From a candidate division WOR-3 bacterium (GTDB lineage Bacteria; Hydrothermota; Tepidihabitantia; Tepidihabitantales; Tepidihabitantaceae), in assembly GCA_965649295.1 (NCBI GenBank), contig CBFGKH010000009.1, positions 32,001-96,000 of the forward strand: 64,000 nucleotides of DNA, written 5' to 3'. Both the position numbers and the translations under genes were made by a program. Positions 9,864-20,956 of the stretch are shown piece by piece; position 1 is the first letter of the stretch, and each line of letters opens with the position of its first letter. The notes below the pieces were generated by a model. It did not search any database. It saw only the letters and a list, made by a program, of their open reading frames with translations, and had not been told where the DNA came from.

Positions 9864-11447
9864 ATGAAAGTGACGCTGGCTGGTTTCAACATTGACAGCG
9901 AGCTGATTGATGTTTTGCGACGAAAACATCGTCTGCAACCGACGCCTGAAGTCATCTCTGCTGCGTACGCGCGGATCAGCCGGAGCAATAAGCCGATTGA
10001 GGAGCTGCGACGCGAGGCACGTCGTGAGCTGGACAAGGCGCGACGATCGAATCTGACGATTGTGTACGAGATGGGGCATCATTCGATTGCCGAACACGCA
10101 GTTTTCAATTTCGATGTCGAGGGCGTCTCGCGATTGGCGGTCGAAGCGTTGGAGCATCACCGGCTCAACGCTTACACCGAGCGTTCGCAACGGTATGTTC
10201 GGCTTGACGAACAGTTCATCGTGCCGGAGGAGATTCGCTCTAGCGACCTAGCAACAGACTTTGTGGCGGTGACGCAGGTTCAGTTGGCATTCTATCGCGA
10301 GCTGCTACCCAAACTGATAGCCTACTTCAGGACAAAGACCGATGACCCCAGCCAAGCAGAGAACTGGGCGAAAGAGGATGCGCGCTACATCACGAACCTT
10401 GCCACGGCAACGCAACTAGGGATGACGGTGAATGCCCGTAATCTCGAGCTAATGCTGCGAACGCTGGCCGCAAGCGAGCTTTGCGAGGTGTCTCAACTAG
10501 GGAGCGCCCTATATGAGCTAGCGGCGGCGGTTGCACCTTCGCTCATTCTTTTTCCGCAACCGACTCGTTATGAGAAGGCGACATACCCGCGCATCCGCGA
10601 GTTTGCCCAGAGCTTCATGGTGCCAGCATTCCCGCGTCGGCCGCGCAATTTCATCGCCCTGTCGGCTTCCGACGTGGTGCTAGTTGACTACACTCAGAAC
10701 GCCGATAACAAATTGCTGGCTGCTCTGATGCACTCTGGCTCGCATGCCTCATTCGCCGAGTGCCTTAGCCGGACTGAGCGCCAGACGCTGGCACGCAAGA
10801 AGGAAGTGTTCAAGCTGGCCTGTCAAGATATGCAGGCCTATGATGCGGCGTTGCGTGAGTTCGAGCATCTCAATCTGACCTTTGAGGTCGTCCTGTCGGC
10901 ATCGGCTTTTGCTCAGCTTAAGCGCCATCGGCTAATGTCGCTCACTGCTCAGGCCTATAGTCCAAGCCATGGCTGGACGATTCCGCAATCGGTCGCGGAA
11001 GTGAAGGAGCACAAGAACTTCAAGGACATTCTGACTCAGACCGAAGAGGTCTATGAACGAATCGCGGCGGTGAGTCCGGCTGCGGCGCAATATGTACTCA
11101 CCAACTCGCATCAGCGACGGGTGCTGGTGACTGTTGACTGCCGTGAGCTCTATCATATGTCGCGATTACGCGAGGACCACACGGCGCAATGGGATATTCG
11201 TGACATTGTGGGCAGAATGGTTGAGCAGGCCCGTCACGTTATGCCGCTTGCCCTACTGCTGGCGGGCGGTAAGGATAATTATCCGAAGGTTTACGAGGAA
11301 CTGTTTGGCAGACCGCCGGAGGTTACTAAGCTTGAGTTGCCCGGGCCGCGGCCGCTGAGCAGTGCGCACCGAACTAAGCGTCCGAAGCGGCCGCGAACAC
11401 CGTCAGCGACTGCTGGCGATTCTTCGGCTAGTGTTGAGGTGAGCTAG
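9864..11447 (+). CDS. thyX: FAD-dependent thymidylate synthase with tandem ThyX domains
   Basis: GHHSIAEH, HHR-x7-SQRYV, EDARY; second domain QLKRHR...AQWDIR; TTGACT-N16-TATAGT promoter at 9829-9856. Confidence 0.85.
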   Translation: MKVTLAGFNIDSELIDVLRRKHRLQPTPEVISAAYARISRSNKPIEELRREARRELDKARRSNLTIVYEMGHHSIAEHAVFNFDVEGVSRLAVEALEHHRLNAYTERSQRYVRLDEQFIVPEEIRSSDLATDFVAVTQVQLAFYRELLPKLIAYFRTKTDDPSQAENWAKEDARYITNLATATQLGMTVNARNLELMLRTLAASELCEVSQLGSALYELAAAVAPSLILFPQPTRYEKATYPRIREFAQSFMVPAFPRRPRNFIALSASDVVLVDYTQNADNKLLAALMHSGSHASFAECLSRTERQTLARKKEVFKLACQDMQAYDAALREFEHLNLTFEVVLSASAFAQLKRHRLMSLTAQAYSPSHGWTIPQSVAEVKEHKNFKDILTQTEEVYERIAAVSPAAAQYVLTNSHQRRVLVTVDCRELYHMSRLREDHTAQWDIRDIVGRMVEQARHVMPLALLLAGGKDNYPKVYEELFGRPPEVTKLELPGPRPLSSAHRTKRPKRPRTPSATAGDSSASVEVS

Positions 11448-11798
11448 ATGCAGGTATCGACCCAAGCCGACCTGATTGCTGCAGTCAGGAGCGGTGCAGC
11501 GGAGATAGTAGTAAGCGACCCGCGACTTTGTCGCAAGGTCAGGCTTTGGTCAGCGCTGAGAACAGTTGCCAATCTCCTGGTGGTGGTTGTGTTAGCGGTG
11601 GCGATTTTCATCTGGGCCAATCCACTGAATCTCTCCGAGTTCAAGGCTGGCTGGATGCTCAATCTGCGACGGATCATACTCGCCTTTGGTGTCCTGCTGC
11701 TCTTTGCTGACTACGTCATCCCGGTTGTTCGGCTCTACAAGATTGTTGGTCGGGATGGCAACGGGCTCAGGCTAGTTCCGAGAAAACCTACTAGTTAG
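11448..11798 (+). CDS. Hypothetical membrane protein (two predicted TM segments)
   Basis: Hydrophobic stretches LLVVVVLAVAIFIW and IILAFGVLLLFADYVIPVV; fills the gap between thyX and fusA. Confidence 0.65.
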   Translation: MQVSTQADLIAAVRSGAAEIVVSDPRLCRKVRLWSALRTVANLLVVVVLAVAIFIWANPLNLSEFKAGWMLNLRRIILAFGVLLLFADYVIPVVRLYKIVGRDGNGLRLVPRKPTS

Positions 11799-11804
11799 CT
11801 GCGG

Positions 11805-13880
11805 CTAGCGCTGTTCGGCGAAGAGGGGGTAGAGTCGCTCCCGCGTCGCCTGGTCAACTGGGCTGAAACGGCAAAACTGCATGGAGTTTGTGGCCCGGCC
11901 TTGGGTCAGGGAGCGCAGAGCAGTGGCATAGCCGAAAGTCTTGGCTAGCGGCAATTCGGCGGTGACGATCTGGTGACCCTTCACCGGCTCCAAACGGATG
12001 ACGCGGCCGTCGCGGCTGGTGATGTCGTTTAGCACAGCGCCTAAAAAGTTTTCTGGTGTCACAACTTCGAGCAGCATTATCGGTTCGAGGAAAGTTGGGG
12101 ACGCAGCCATGAAGGCGTCGCGAAAAGCAGCAGCTGCGGCAACTTTGAAGTCAACGTCCATGGAATCTACTTCGTGGTACTCAGCGTCCTGTATTCTGGT
12201 GCTCACACCAACGATCGGATAGCCGGCGAGAACACCTGCCTCGTAGGATTCCCGAACTGCCTGTTCGATTGCCGTGACAAACTGCTTAGGAATCTTCCCA
12301 GCGGGAATTGCGGTAACAACGCTGTTCTCACCAGTGCTTGGTTCGACCGCCAGCTTGACGATTGCAAAGTGTCCGTGACCGCCGCTTTGGCGGATGAACC
12401 GACCTTCAGCAGTTGCCGTTGCGGTGATTGTTTCTCGATAGGAAACCTGCGGTCGTCCAGGATGAACCTCGACTTTGTAGTCACGCTGCAGCCGATCAAG
12501 CAAGATTTCGAGATGCAGCTCACCCATGCCCGACAAGATTAGCTGACCAGTTTCCTCGTCGGTCCGTACTTTGAAAGTCGGGTCCTCGAGCGCGAGCGTT
12601 TCAAGAGCGGTGTGCAGTTTTTCTTCATCAGCCTTAGTACGTGGTTCGACAGCAAGAAAAACGACTGGCTCCGGAAAGTTGATTGGTTCAAAGGCTATTG
12701 GGTGTGACAGGCTCGCCAGAGTCTGGCCGGTGCGTGTCTCCTTCATGCCAACGACGGCGCCAATCTCGCCGGCGCTGAGCGTTGTTGTTTCTTGGGGACG
12801 GTTGGCATGCATAATCACGAGTTTTGGCACCCGTACTCGCTTCATCGTTGGCACGGCCATTACGACATCGCCTTGCTGAACGCAACCCGAATAGACTCGG
12901 ATGTAGTTCAGCATTCCGCGCATCGGGTCGGCTGCGAGCTTGAAGATTAGCGCCGCAAAGGGCGCAGCCGGGTCAGGGGGCCGCGATTCAGGGTTGCCGG
13001 TGAGTGGATTTTTGCCGGTTATCGGCGGCACGTCGAGAGGTGATGGTAGATAGTCAACGATGCCGTCGAGCAGCTTCTGGATGCCTTTGTTCTTGAAGGC
13101 AGTTCCACAGAACACAGGGACGACCTTTAGGCTGAGTGTGCCGCGACGGATGGCGGCAACGAGGTCAGAGGCAGTAACAGAATCGCCACCCAGGTAGATT
13201 TCAAGGAGTCTCTCATCGAATGTGGTAATGACGTCAATGAGATGGTGCCGCGCCGCAGCGAGTTCGGCTTGACGTTCTTCGGGTATCGGCACTTCTTCGA
13301 ACGTTGCCCCAAGGTCGTCGGTATGCCAGACAAATGCCTTTTCAGCAACCACATCGATAACTCCTCGAAACTCGTCCTCGGTTCCAATCGGCAACTGCAC
13401 CGGCAGTGGCACCTGTTCAAACTTTTCGCTCATCATCTTGACCACCCGATAGAAATCAGCGCCGACGCGGTCGAGCTTGTTAACGAAAGCGATGCGCGGG
13501 ACGCGGTAGCGATCAGCCTGTCGCCAGACAGTCTCGGACTGTGGTTCCACACCACCGACTGCACAGAAAACGATGACAGCGCCGTCCAGAACTTTGAGTG
13601 AGCGCTCGACCTCGATGGTGAAGTCGACGTGGCCCGGAGTATCAATGATATTGATGTGGTGACCACGCCACTGGACGGCTGTAGCGGCCGCGGTTATCGT
13701 AATTCCGCGCTCGCGTTCTTGAATCATCCAATCCATTTGGGTCGTGCCGGCATCGATCTCGCCCATACGGTGGATTCTGCCCGAGTAGTAAAGGATACGC
13801 TCGGTGGTTGTCGTCTTACCGGCGTCAATATGTGCAGCGATGCCGATGTTTCGAACGTAGCGCAGATCAAGTGCGGCCAT
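11805..13880 (-). CDS. fusA: Elongation factor G (stand-alone copy)
   Basis: [38 protein letters not shown]. Confidence 0.95.
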   Translation of the reverse strand: MAALDLRYVRNIGIAAHIDAGKTTTTERILYYSGRIHRMGEIDAGTTQMDWMIQERERGITITAAATAVQWRGHHINIIDTPGHVDFTIEVERSLKVLDGAVIVFCAVGGVEPQSETVWRQADRYRVPRIAFVNKLDRVGADFYRVVKMMSEKFEQVPLPVQLPIGTEDEFRGVIDVVAEKAFVWHTDDLGATFEEVPIPEERQAELAAARHHLIDVITTFDERLLEIYLGGDSVTASDLVAAIRRGTLSLKVVPVFCGTAFKNKGIQKLLDGIVDYLPSPLDVPPITGKNPLTGNPESRPPDPAAPFAALIFKLAADPMRGMLNYIRVYSGCVQQGDVVMAVPTMKRVRVPKLVIMHANRPQETTTLSAGEIGAVVGMKETRTGQTLASLSHPIAFEPINFPEPVVFLAVEPRTKADEEKLHTALETLALEDPTFKVRTDEETGQLILSGMGELHLEILLDRLQRDYKVEVHPGRPQVSYRETITATATAEGRFIRQSGGHGHFAIVKLAVEPSTGENSVVTAIPAGKIPKQFVTAIEQAVRESYEAGVLAGYPIVGVSTRIQDAEYHEVDSMDVDFKVAAAAAFRDAFMAASPTFLEPIMLLEVVTPENFLGAVLNDITSRDGRVIRLEPVKGHQIVTAELPLAKTFGYATALRSLTQGRATNSMQFCRFSPVDQATRERLYPLFAEQR

Positions 13881-13889
13881 GGGGCTGAT

Positions 13890-13979
13890 ACTCTATTGAC
13901 CGGCAACGGATAGTCAAGAAGCCGGCAACCACCGGACGAGTGGCCATAGCCTTGACTTGGCAGGCAGTTGGACTATTCT
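13890..13979. promoter_or_regulatory. Divergent sigma70-type promoters (fusA / hydrogenase)
   Basis: Minus: TTGACT-N16-TAGAGT (13917-13890); plus: TTGACT-N16-TATTCT (13952-13979). Confidence 0.6.
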
Positions 13980-14009
13980 CTCAGCCCTTACCTACCATGG
14001 AGGCAATGA

Positions 14010-14987
14010 TTGCCTGACAAGTTCAAATTCGGGTTCTACTGGGCGGCCTCTTGTGGAGGCTGCGAGATCGCCGTGCTCGATATGAACGAGAAGATTCTTG
14101 AAGTGATCGAGCGGGCCGAGATCGTCCTTTGGCCAGTGGCGATGGATACGAAGTATGACGACGTCCGCCAGATGCCTGACCGGTGGATCGATGTCTGTTT
14201 TTTCAATGGCTCAGTGCGCAATTCCGAACAACTGGAGCTAGCCGAACTACTACGCAAAAAGAGCAAGATACTCGTCGCGTTCGGGTCGTGTGCGCATCAC
14301 GGCTGCATTCCAGGGCTTGCAAACCTCTCCAATCGCAAGCAGATTCTCGACCATGTGTATACCGAGGAGGTCTCGGTCGAGAACCCCGACAGGACGGTTC
14401 CGCGGGTTAGAACCAGTGTTCCTGAGGGAGAGCTAGCGCTGCCGGAGTTCTTCGACAGGGTGTCGCCGCTCGCTGGGGTTGTTGACGTGGACTACTATCT
14501 GCCTGGTTGTCCGCCGCCGGTGCCGCTGATCGTTGGTGCTGTCCAGGCGATATTTGACGGAAAGCTCCCGGCGAAGGGTGCGGTGTTGGCGCCGGTTAAG
14601 GCGCTTTGCGACGAGTGCGACCGTAACCTGCACGCAGCCAAGAAGATGCCAGATATTAAACGGGCCTATGAGATTCAAGCAGATTCCAAGCGGTGCTTTC
14701 TAGAGCAGGGTATCATATGCATGGGTCCGGTGACTCGGGCTGGCTGCGGTCAGCGCTGCATCAATGGCAACTGGCCGTGTACCGGTTGCATGGGGCCCAC
14801 GCCTGAAGTTAGTGACCAGGGCGGGAAGATGATTTCAGCTCTGAGTTCGATCCTGCGCGTGGATGACGAGAAAGATATCTCTCGTGCCGATACCGAGAAG
14901 CTGCTGTCTGGAGTGAAGGACCCGGTGGGCACGTTCTACATGTACAGCTTCGCTAGCGCGACCATCAATCGCCGGAGGCAGCAGTGA
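14010..14987 (+). CDS. [NiFe] hydrogenase small subunit, MvhG/VhuG type (group 3c)
   Basis: WAASCGGCE, GSCA, PGCPP, LCDEC, CFLEQGIICMGPVTRAGC..RC...PCTGC. Confidence 0.9.
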   Translation: MPDKFKFGFYWAASCGGCEIAVLDMNEKILEVIERAEIVLWPVAMDTKYDDVRQMPDRWIDVCFFNGSVRNSEQLELAELLRKKSKILVAFGSCAHHGCIPGLANLSNRKQILDHVYTEEVSVENPDRTVPRVRTSVPEGELALPEFFDRVSPLAGVVDVDYYLPGCPPPVPLIVGAVQAIFDGKLPAKGAVLAPVKALCDECDRNLHAAKKMPDIKRAYEIQADSKRCFLEQGIICMGPVTRAGCGQRCINGNWPCTGCMGPTPEVSDQGGKMISALSSILRVDDEKDISRADTEKLLSGVKDPVGTFYMYSFASATINRRRQQ

Positions 14988-16453
14988 GCAGGCGCATTAC
15001 TATTGACCCGATAACCCGACTGGAAGGCCACGGCAAGATTGAGATATTCCTGAATGATACGGGCGATGTCGAAAATGCCTATCTGCAGGTGCCAGAGTTG
15101 CGCGGATTCGAGCAGTTCTGTCGCGGGCGCAAGGCTGAGGACATGCCTCAGCTCACAAGCCGCATCTGTGGGGTTTGTCCAGTAGCTCATCATTATGCCA
15201 GCGCTAAGGCGCTCGATGACGCGTTTGGCGTTGAGCCGACCCTAACTGCCAAGAAACTTAGGGAGCTAATTTACTGCGGCTATGTCATTTACGACCACAT
15301 TTTGCATTTCTATTTCCTCGGGGGACCTGATTTCGTGGTCGGGCCGGATGCACCCAGAGCCAAGCGTAACATCATCGGTGTAATTGAGAAGGTTGGGCTA
15401 GAAACGGCGCGCGAGGTCATCAAGCATCGTGCCTACGGCCAGAAGATAACCGAGATTCTTGGCGGCAAGCCGACTCATCCGGTGTCGGGCATCCCCGGTG
15501 GCCAGACGAAGGGTCTTAGTGAGGAAGAACGCAAGCAGATAGAGGAGATGGCCCGGTCGTGCGTGGATTTTGCCGAGTTCAGCCTGAACTTGTTTGCGGA
15601 TGTGGTTCTCGCCAACAAGCAGTACATGGCACTCATTACGAACCCCAGGCTTGGACACAGTATCTACAACATGGGGTTGGTCGATGAAAAGAACCAATTG
15701 AACTTCTACGACGGCGACATCCGCGTGACCGACCAACAGGGTAAGGAGTTCCTGCGGTTCCGGGCGCAAGACTATGTGGCGCACATTGCTGAACACGTGC
15801 TTGAGTGGAGCTACATCAAGGTACCGTACCTGAGGAAAGTTGGGTTCAAGGGCCTAGTCGATGGGCCAGATTCGGGTCTCTACCGCGTCGGCCCGCTGGG
15901 CCGGTTGAATGCGGCCGATGGGATGGCAACTCCGAAGGCCGACGCTGCCTACCAGCAGTTCTTCAAGACGTTCGGCACCAAGCCGGTTAACTCGACCTTG
16001 GCGTTCCATTGGGCGCGGCTAATCGAACTACTGTATGCCTCCGAGCGCGCCCTGGAGCTAGCCACTGACCCGGGTATAACTGCCAGTGATATCCGGAACA
16101 TGAACTTCAAAATGAAGCCTGAGGGTTTTGGTGTTGTGGAGGCCGCGCGCGGCACGCTCTTCCATCACTACAAGCTGACCGATGACCGGCTTGTGGATGA
16201 TGTGAACCTGATCGTGGCGACGACCAACAACACCGGGGCTATCTGTATGTCGGTGCGCGAGGCGGCGAAAGAGTTTATCCATAGCGGTAAGGCCGATAAC
16301 GGTCTGCTTAATACTATCGAGATGTTCTTCCGGGCGTATGACCCCTGTTTCGGCTGCGCGAGCCACGTGGCTGGTAGGCCGGCAGTAACTATTGAGCTGC
16401 GCGGTCCGGACGGTGAACTCGTGCAGCGACTGGCCGACGCCGGAGGCGAATAG
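14984..16453 (+). CDS. [NiFe] hydrogenase large subunit, MvhA/VhuA type (group 3c)
   Basis: ITRLEGH, L1 RICGVCPVAH, EAARG, L2 DPCFGCASH followed by a cleavable C-terminal extension. Confidence 0.92.
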   Translation: MSRRITIDPITRLEGHGKIEIFLNDTGDVENAYLQVPELRGFEQFCRGRKAEDMPQLTSRICGVCPVAHHYASAKALDDAFGVEPTLTAKKLRELIYCGYVIYDHILHFYFLGGPDFVVGPDAPRAKRNIIGVIEKVGLETAREVIKHRAYGQKITEILGGKPTHPVSGIPGGQTKGLSEEERKQIEEMARSCVDFAEFSLNLFADVVLANKQYMALITNPRLGHSIYNMGLVDEKNQLNFYDGDIRVTDQQGKEFLRFRAQDYVAHIAEHVLEWSYIKVPYLRKVGFKGLVDGPDSGLYRVGPLGRLNAADGMATPKADAAYQQFFKTFGTKPVNSTLAFHWARLIELLYASERALELATDPGITASDIRNMNFKMKPEGFGVVEAARGTLFHHYKLTDDRLVDDVNLIVATTNNTGAICMSVREAAKEFIHSGKADNGLLNTIEMFFRAYDPCFGCASHVAGRPAVTIELRGPDGELVQRLADAGGE

Positions 16454-16472
16454 CAGCAGAGAACCGTGCTGG

Positions 16473-17351
16473 ATGGCCTGTGAACTGACCATCGTCTTCG
16501 TTAACCACAACTCGGCGCGGCTGCTCAGCCGCGCTTTGAGTTCACTGCGACGGGCCGAGCCGCAGCTGGATCTTGAGGCGCTGGTTGTTGACAATGCATC
16601 TGATGACAGACAGGAGCTGGTCACGGTCTGCCGCAAGCATAACGCCCGACTCCTGCGATTAAGCCGTAACCTCGGTTACGGTGCCGCCTTCAATCGCGGA
16701 TTTCGTCATGCTTCTGGTCGGTATGTTGCCGTCGCCAACCCTGATCTGGTTTTTGACTCACCAGCAGTCAGCGGTTTGGTGCGATTCCTCGATGTGAATC
16801 CTTCAATTGGTGCGGTATCGCCACAGCTCGTCTATGCCGATGGTGCGCCGCAGCCGACCGCTCGACGTCTGCCACGTTTGCGGTACGTATTGGCTGGTCG
16901 ACGCTCGCCGCTGCTACGGCTTCTACCTCGCTATGCACCGGCGCGTGACTTTCTCTATGCAACTGCCTATCAATCCGCGACCTGGCTTTCAGTTGAGGCT
17001 CTAATCGGTGCCTTCGTGATGTTTCGGCGTGAGGCGCTGGACACGGTGCATGGATTTGACGAGGGTTTCTTCATGTACGCTGAGGACTTGGACATCTGTC
17101 GCCGTCTGCGAGAAGCAGGCTGGGATGTAGTGTTGCATCCTGGATTGCGTGTGACCCATCACTATGGCGCGGTGCGGCGGCAGCGGCCAGAGTTCAGCGA
17201 CTTTCAGCGTCTGAAGGCGCTCTGCCGCTACTTCAGCTTGGATTCTGGCTTGTTCGGCCGATTATTTTTTCGCGTGGCCTTTGCTTGGTACTTGTTCTTG
17301 TCCGCGGCCGGTTGGTTGGTCAACTTGCGGGAGTACGAGTACTCTTGGTAG
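16473..17351 (+). CDS. Glycosyltransferase family 2
   Basis: VVDNASDD, NLGYGAAFN, ANPD, GFDEGFFMYAEDLD; ATG 16473 avoids overlap with the hydrogenase. Confidence 0.9.
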   Translation: MACELTIVFVNHNSARLLSRALSSLRRAEPQLDLEALVVDNASDDRQELVTVCRKHNARLLRLSRNLGYGAAFNRGFRHASGRYVAVANPDLVFDSPAVSGLVRFLDVNPSIGAVSPQLVYADGAPQPTARRLPRLRYVLAGRRSPLLRLLPRYAPARDFLYATAYQSATWLSVEALIGAFVMFRREALDTVHGFDEGFFMYAEDLDICRRLREAGWDVVLHPGLRVTHHYGAVRRQRPEFSDFQRLKALCRYFSLDSGLFGRLFFRVAFAWYLFLSAAGWLVNLREYEYSW

Positions 17352-17368
17352 CCACGGGGAGCGGTGCG

Positions 17369-18754
17369 ATGACACGATTGCGAAGCTTGGTGAGCGTGGC
17401 TGTGCTTGTTCTCGGTGATCTGCTTGCCGTGGCAATCAGCTACGTTCTCGGTTATCTGACTCGCAACCTCGTTTTTACTGGGATGCTGCATGTTGTCCCG
17501 TTGGCGCTCCCTTTCGAAGCAATCGGCGACAAGTTCTACGTGTTGGCTGCGTATCCGTTTGTTTTCGCCTATGAGGGTTTGTACACCAAGCGGTTGCTCG
17601 GTTGGGAGGAGACGCGACGCTATCTCCGGGGTGTGTTCGTTGCAACTGCGCTTGTGATGATACTGCTCTTTCTCTGGCGCTACTGGATCGTGTCGCGGCT
17701 CGCGGTTGTTCTAGCAATGGTCTACTGCATCATATTGGCACCGGTGATGCGCGCAGCAGTCAAGCGGTTGCTGGTTTTGTCCGGCTTGGCGACCAAACCG
17801 CTGGTGTTGTTAGGAGGGGGCAGCGCTGCTGAGCGTTTCTGCCAGGAGCTCATTCGTCACCGAGCGCTGGGTTATGTGATTGCGCAGCGAGTAGTCCGTG
17901 AACAGCCTGGTCAGTCGGTTGCGAAAATGCTGGAGCAAGTCAAGACCGACAACGTGTCGCTGGTCGTCGTGTCGGATGCGTTTACTCCTGAGGAATTGCG
18001 TGAGCTTTTTGTCATGGCTGAGCAACGTTTCGCTGAGCTCATGGTAGTACCGAATGAGGCGCTCCTCCAGACCGCGACCGGCGATGTTGAGCAAATCGGT
18101 AACGTGCTGGTGATGAAATACCATTACAACCTACTGCGACCACTGAATCGCTACCTGAAGCGGCTTTTTGAAATCGGCCTCGCCACTGTGCTTGTGGTGT
18201 TGCTAGCACCGTTGCTTGGGGTGTTGTCCCTCTTGGTGGCAATCTCGTCGCCCGGGCCCGTCTTTTTCCGGCAACGCCGCATCGGTCGCTTTGGTCGGGA
18301 GTTCGATTGCCTCAAGTTTCGGACAATGTATGTTGACGCCGAGGTCCGACTGAGCGAGCTGCTGGAGTCAGATCCGGTAGTTCGTTCCGAGTATGAGACT
18401 TATGCACGAATCACGAACGACCCGCGGGTGACTCGCGTCGGCCGATTCTTGCGTCGCTCGAGCCTGGACGAGCTGCCGCAGCTAATCAACGTGCTACGGG
18501 GAGAGATGGCGGTGGTGGGTCCGCGGCCATATCTGCCGGCTGAAGTGCCCAAGATTGGCAAGTATTACGATACGATTACCCGCGTGCGACCGGGGATTAC
18601 TGGCCTATGGCAGGTGTCAGGTCGCTCAGAGCTGCCGTTTCGGGAGCGCTGTATCCTTGATGACTACTACATTCGTAACTGGTCGCTGTGGATGGATTTT
18701 TCAATACTGCTTCGTACTGTGCGGGCGGTGCTGACTGGCCGGGGCGCCTACTGA
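17369..18754 (+). CDS. Undecaprenyl-phosphate hexose phosphotransferase (WbaP family)
   Basis: N-terminal TM helices; [49 protein letters not shown]. Confidence 0.92.
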   Translation: MTRLRSLVSVAVLVLGDLLAVAISYVLGYLTRNLVFTGMLHVVPLALPFEAIGDKFYVLAAYPFVFAYEGLYTKRLLGWEETRRYLRGVFVATALVMILLFLWRYWIVSRLAVVLAMVYCIILAPVMRAAVKRLLVLSGLATKPLVLLGGGSAAERFCQELIRHRALGYVIAQRVVREQPGQSVAKMLEQVKTDNVSLVVVSDAFTPEELRELFVMAEQRFAELMVVPNEALLQTATGDVEQIGNVLVMKYHYNLLRPLNRYLKRLFEIGLATVLVVLLAPLLGVLSLLVAISSPGPVFFRQRRIGRFGREFDCLKFRTMYVDAEVRLSELLESDPVVRSEYETYARITNDPRVTRVGRFLRRSSLDELPQLINVLRGEMAVVGPRPYLPAEVPKIGKYYDTITRVRPGITGLWQVSGRSELPFRERCILDDYYIRNWSLWMDFSILLRTVRAVLTGRGAY

Positions 18755-18799
18755 TAATGTTTGACTGGCCAACGGTGAAGGTTACGCTTACATCCTACG

Positions 18800-20944
18800 G
18801 TGCTGATTAGCAACATGTCACTTCTGTTTGTCGTCTTGGTCAGTGCGAGTGTGCCGTCTCAGTGGCAGGCTTTTACTAACACCAATTTCATAAACGACAT
18901 GGTAGGGAGTGACACGATAATCTATCTGGCGACCAACGGGGGATTGGTTGAGCTTGAGCTGATACCGACCATCCGCTCGCGTCGGACTATTGTCAATAGC
19001 GATGGTTTGCCCGATAACCGGTGTCGCTGCGTGGTTCAGGATTCTTGTGGTAATCTCTGGGTAGGTACTGATGGCGGTGGACTGGTTGTGATTGACAGGG
19101 ACAGCTTTGGGGTTAGACGCTATCGCCCGGCAGAACTCGCGAGACGAATTCGTTGTCTTGCTTGGGATGGTGGGCGATTACTCGTTGGGTCTGATCAGGG
19201 GCTGTACTGCATCGATGTTAATGGGACCCTCATGGACTTTGAGGATGACGAATTGCGCTGGTTTTCGGTCGCACGCTATCCAGAGTTGTTGAGTGACCGA
19301 ATCCTGGCTCTCGCTGTCTATGACCGCTACTGGGTTGGTACAAACCTCGGTGTGTCAGCAGTCAGTCCGGAATTTCGTGACTGGCAGAGTTACCGTCGGC
19401 CGTTTGGTGACTCGGTGGCCGGTTTTGCGCAGTGGCGCGATAGTCTGCTGATTGCGACTGAGCGTGGTATTGCTATGAAACAAGGAGCTGTTTTTCGTCC
19501 GGTGTTCACTCTGGCACAGACGACAGGAGTCTATGACCTTGTTGTCTATTCTTCGACGATCTACTTTGCCACCAAGAATGGTCTCTACGTCGGTGATAGT
19601 GCCGAGCAGTCACGGTTCCAGCTGGTACTTGGTGAAGATTGCCGCTGCCTTTGGCTCGGCAACGCCATTTGGGTGGGTTGCGGTGGTAACGAACAGGCGG
19701 GTTCCGGCATTCGCTATCTGCAAAGTGGGCAAAACTGGAACTCATTCTACAACTCATGCATTGCGTCCGATGTTGTCCTTGACTGTGCGATTGGGAATGA
19801 CGGTCGGATTGCCTTTTGCCACGGTAGTGCATTGACGATGATGCCCCGGTCGGGTGAGTTCGATGTTATCTGGCCGCCGGCGCCAGTACCGGTGCAGGTT
19901 AGATTCGACAGTCAGGGCCGGATGTGGCTTGCTCACTTTGCCAGTAATGGCGGCCTCAGCGTCTTTTCATTTGGGGACAGGTCGTGGCAGACAGTCCGGT
20001 GGGGAGACTGGTCAAGCTGGAACATCATTGACGCCTTTGGCATTGACCCCAGCGACTGTAAATGGGTGTACAACGGCGGCAATGTTGTCATTGCCATCGA
20101 GCATGACGGACGGCAGACGGTTTTCGATATTCCCGGTCTTTCGCCGCCACCAGGCGGTCTTTACGAGTTCACCTTTGACTGGACTGGTCGGACCTGGCTC
20201 GGACTTACAGTCGGGCTGGTGATGATCGACCACAAGGGGTCGGTGTCAGACCGCTCAGACGATGAATATAGGGTAATCACTCAGGGGCTACCAGCTCCGG
20301 AGGTGAGGACCGTTGCGGCCGACAATCGCGGGCGTATATGGGTGGGCACCGCTCAGGGAGTGGCCTGCTGGGAGGGGGGGCAATTCCGTGTTTTCACCAG
20401 GGAGAATACCGGCGGCGGTTTGCTTTCAAATAATATCTACCGCATTCGAGTCGATGCTTCTAGTCGCATTTGGGTTCTTTGTGATCAGGGACTGGCGGTC
20501 TATGACCCGGTGACAACGCGCTGGGAGAACTTCGGCGATGGCGGGCTTGTTCCGAATCCGCTTGGCATTGACCGATTCTATTCTGCACTTGATGTAAACA
20601 GCACTGCGGGAAGAGTAGTCGTGGGCACGCAGCGCGGCGCTTCGGTGCGGGATTTTGGCATCGAGCCGGCGCCGACTGCTGAACGGGTGCTCGTGTATCC
20701 GAACCCCTGCATACTTGATAGACTCAATCCCGAGAAGTCTGTTGTTATCGACAGCCTTTCTGCCGATATCACCAGTGTGATGGTTTATACAACCGACGGG
20801 CGACCCGTTGCCAGGCTGGGAGTCGATCCAGCACTGCGGCGTGCCGTTTGGAACCCGCGGTCGGTGGCAAGCGGTCTCTACCTGTTGATGGTGACTAGCA
20901 GCTTTGGAACGCGCGTAGAGCGCGTAGCGGTGGTCAGGCCCTGA
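18800..20944 (+). CDS. Secreted beta-propeller protein with T9SS-type C-terminal domain (PorZ-like)
   Basis: Signal peptide (probable ATG 18815); repeated D..G.LWVGT.GG blades; C-terminal VYPNP...YTTDGRPV...W...ASGLYL...RVAVVRP. Confidence 0.7.
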   Translation: MLISNMSLLFVVLVSASVPSQWQAFTNTNFINDMVGSDTIIYLATNGGLVELELIPTIRSRRTIVNSDGLPDNRCRCVVQDSCGNLWVGTDGGGLVVIDRDSFGVRRYRPAELARRIRCLAWDGGRLLVGSDQGLYCIDVNGTLMDFEDDELRWFSVARYPELLSDRILALAVYDRYWVGTNLGVSAVSPEFRDWQSYRRPFGDSVAGFAQWRDSLLIATERGIAMKQGAVFRPVFTLAQTTGVYDLVVYSSTIYFATKNGLYVGDSAEQSRFQLVLGEDCRCLWLGNAIWVGCGGNEQAGSGIRYLQSGQNWNSFYNSCIASDVVLDCAIGNDGRIAFCHGSALTMMPRSGEFDVIWPPAPVPVQVRFDSQGRMWLAHFASNGGLSVFSFGDRSWQTVRWGDWSSWNIIDAFGIDPSDCKWVYNGGNVVIAIEHDGRQTVFDIPGLSPPPGGLYEFTFDWTGRTWLGLTVGLVMIDHKGSVSDRSDDEYRVITQGLPAPEVRTVAADNRGRIWVGTAQGVACWEGGQFRVFTRENTGGGLLSNNIYRIRVDASSRIWVLCDQGLAVYDPVTTRWENFGDGGLVPNPLGIDRFYSALDVNSTAGRVVVGTQRGASVRDFGIEPAPTAERVLVYPNPCILDRLNPEKSVVIDSLSADITSVMVYTTDGRPVARLGVDPALRRAVWNPRSVASGLYLLMVTSSFGTRVERVAVVRP

Positions 20945-20956
20945 TGGCTGCGTAGG

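Noticed and set aside
11445..11450. In-frame TAG-ATG junction between thyX and the next ORF (pyrrolysine or read-through)
   Set aside because: ThyX is complete and ends in a disordered tail; the next ORF is an unrelated membrane protein; no supporting structure seen
11805..13880. EF-G outside the str operon as a TetM-like or degenerate factor
   Set aside because: All GTPase motifs are canonical; stand-alone EF-G copies are common
14984..16453. [NiFeSe] hydrogenase
   Set aside because: The L2 motif is DPCFGC encoded by Cys codons, with no in-frame TGA
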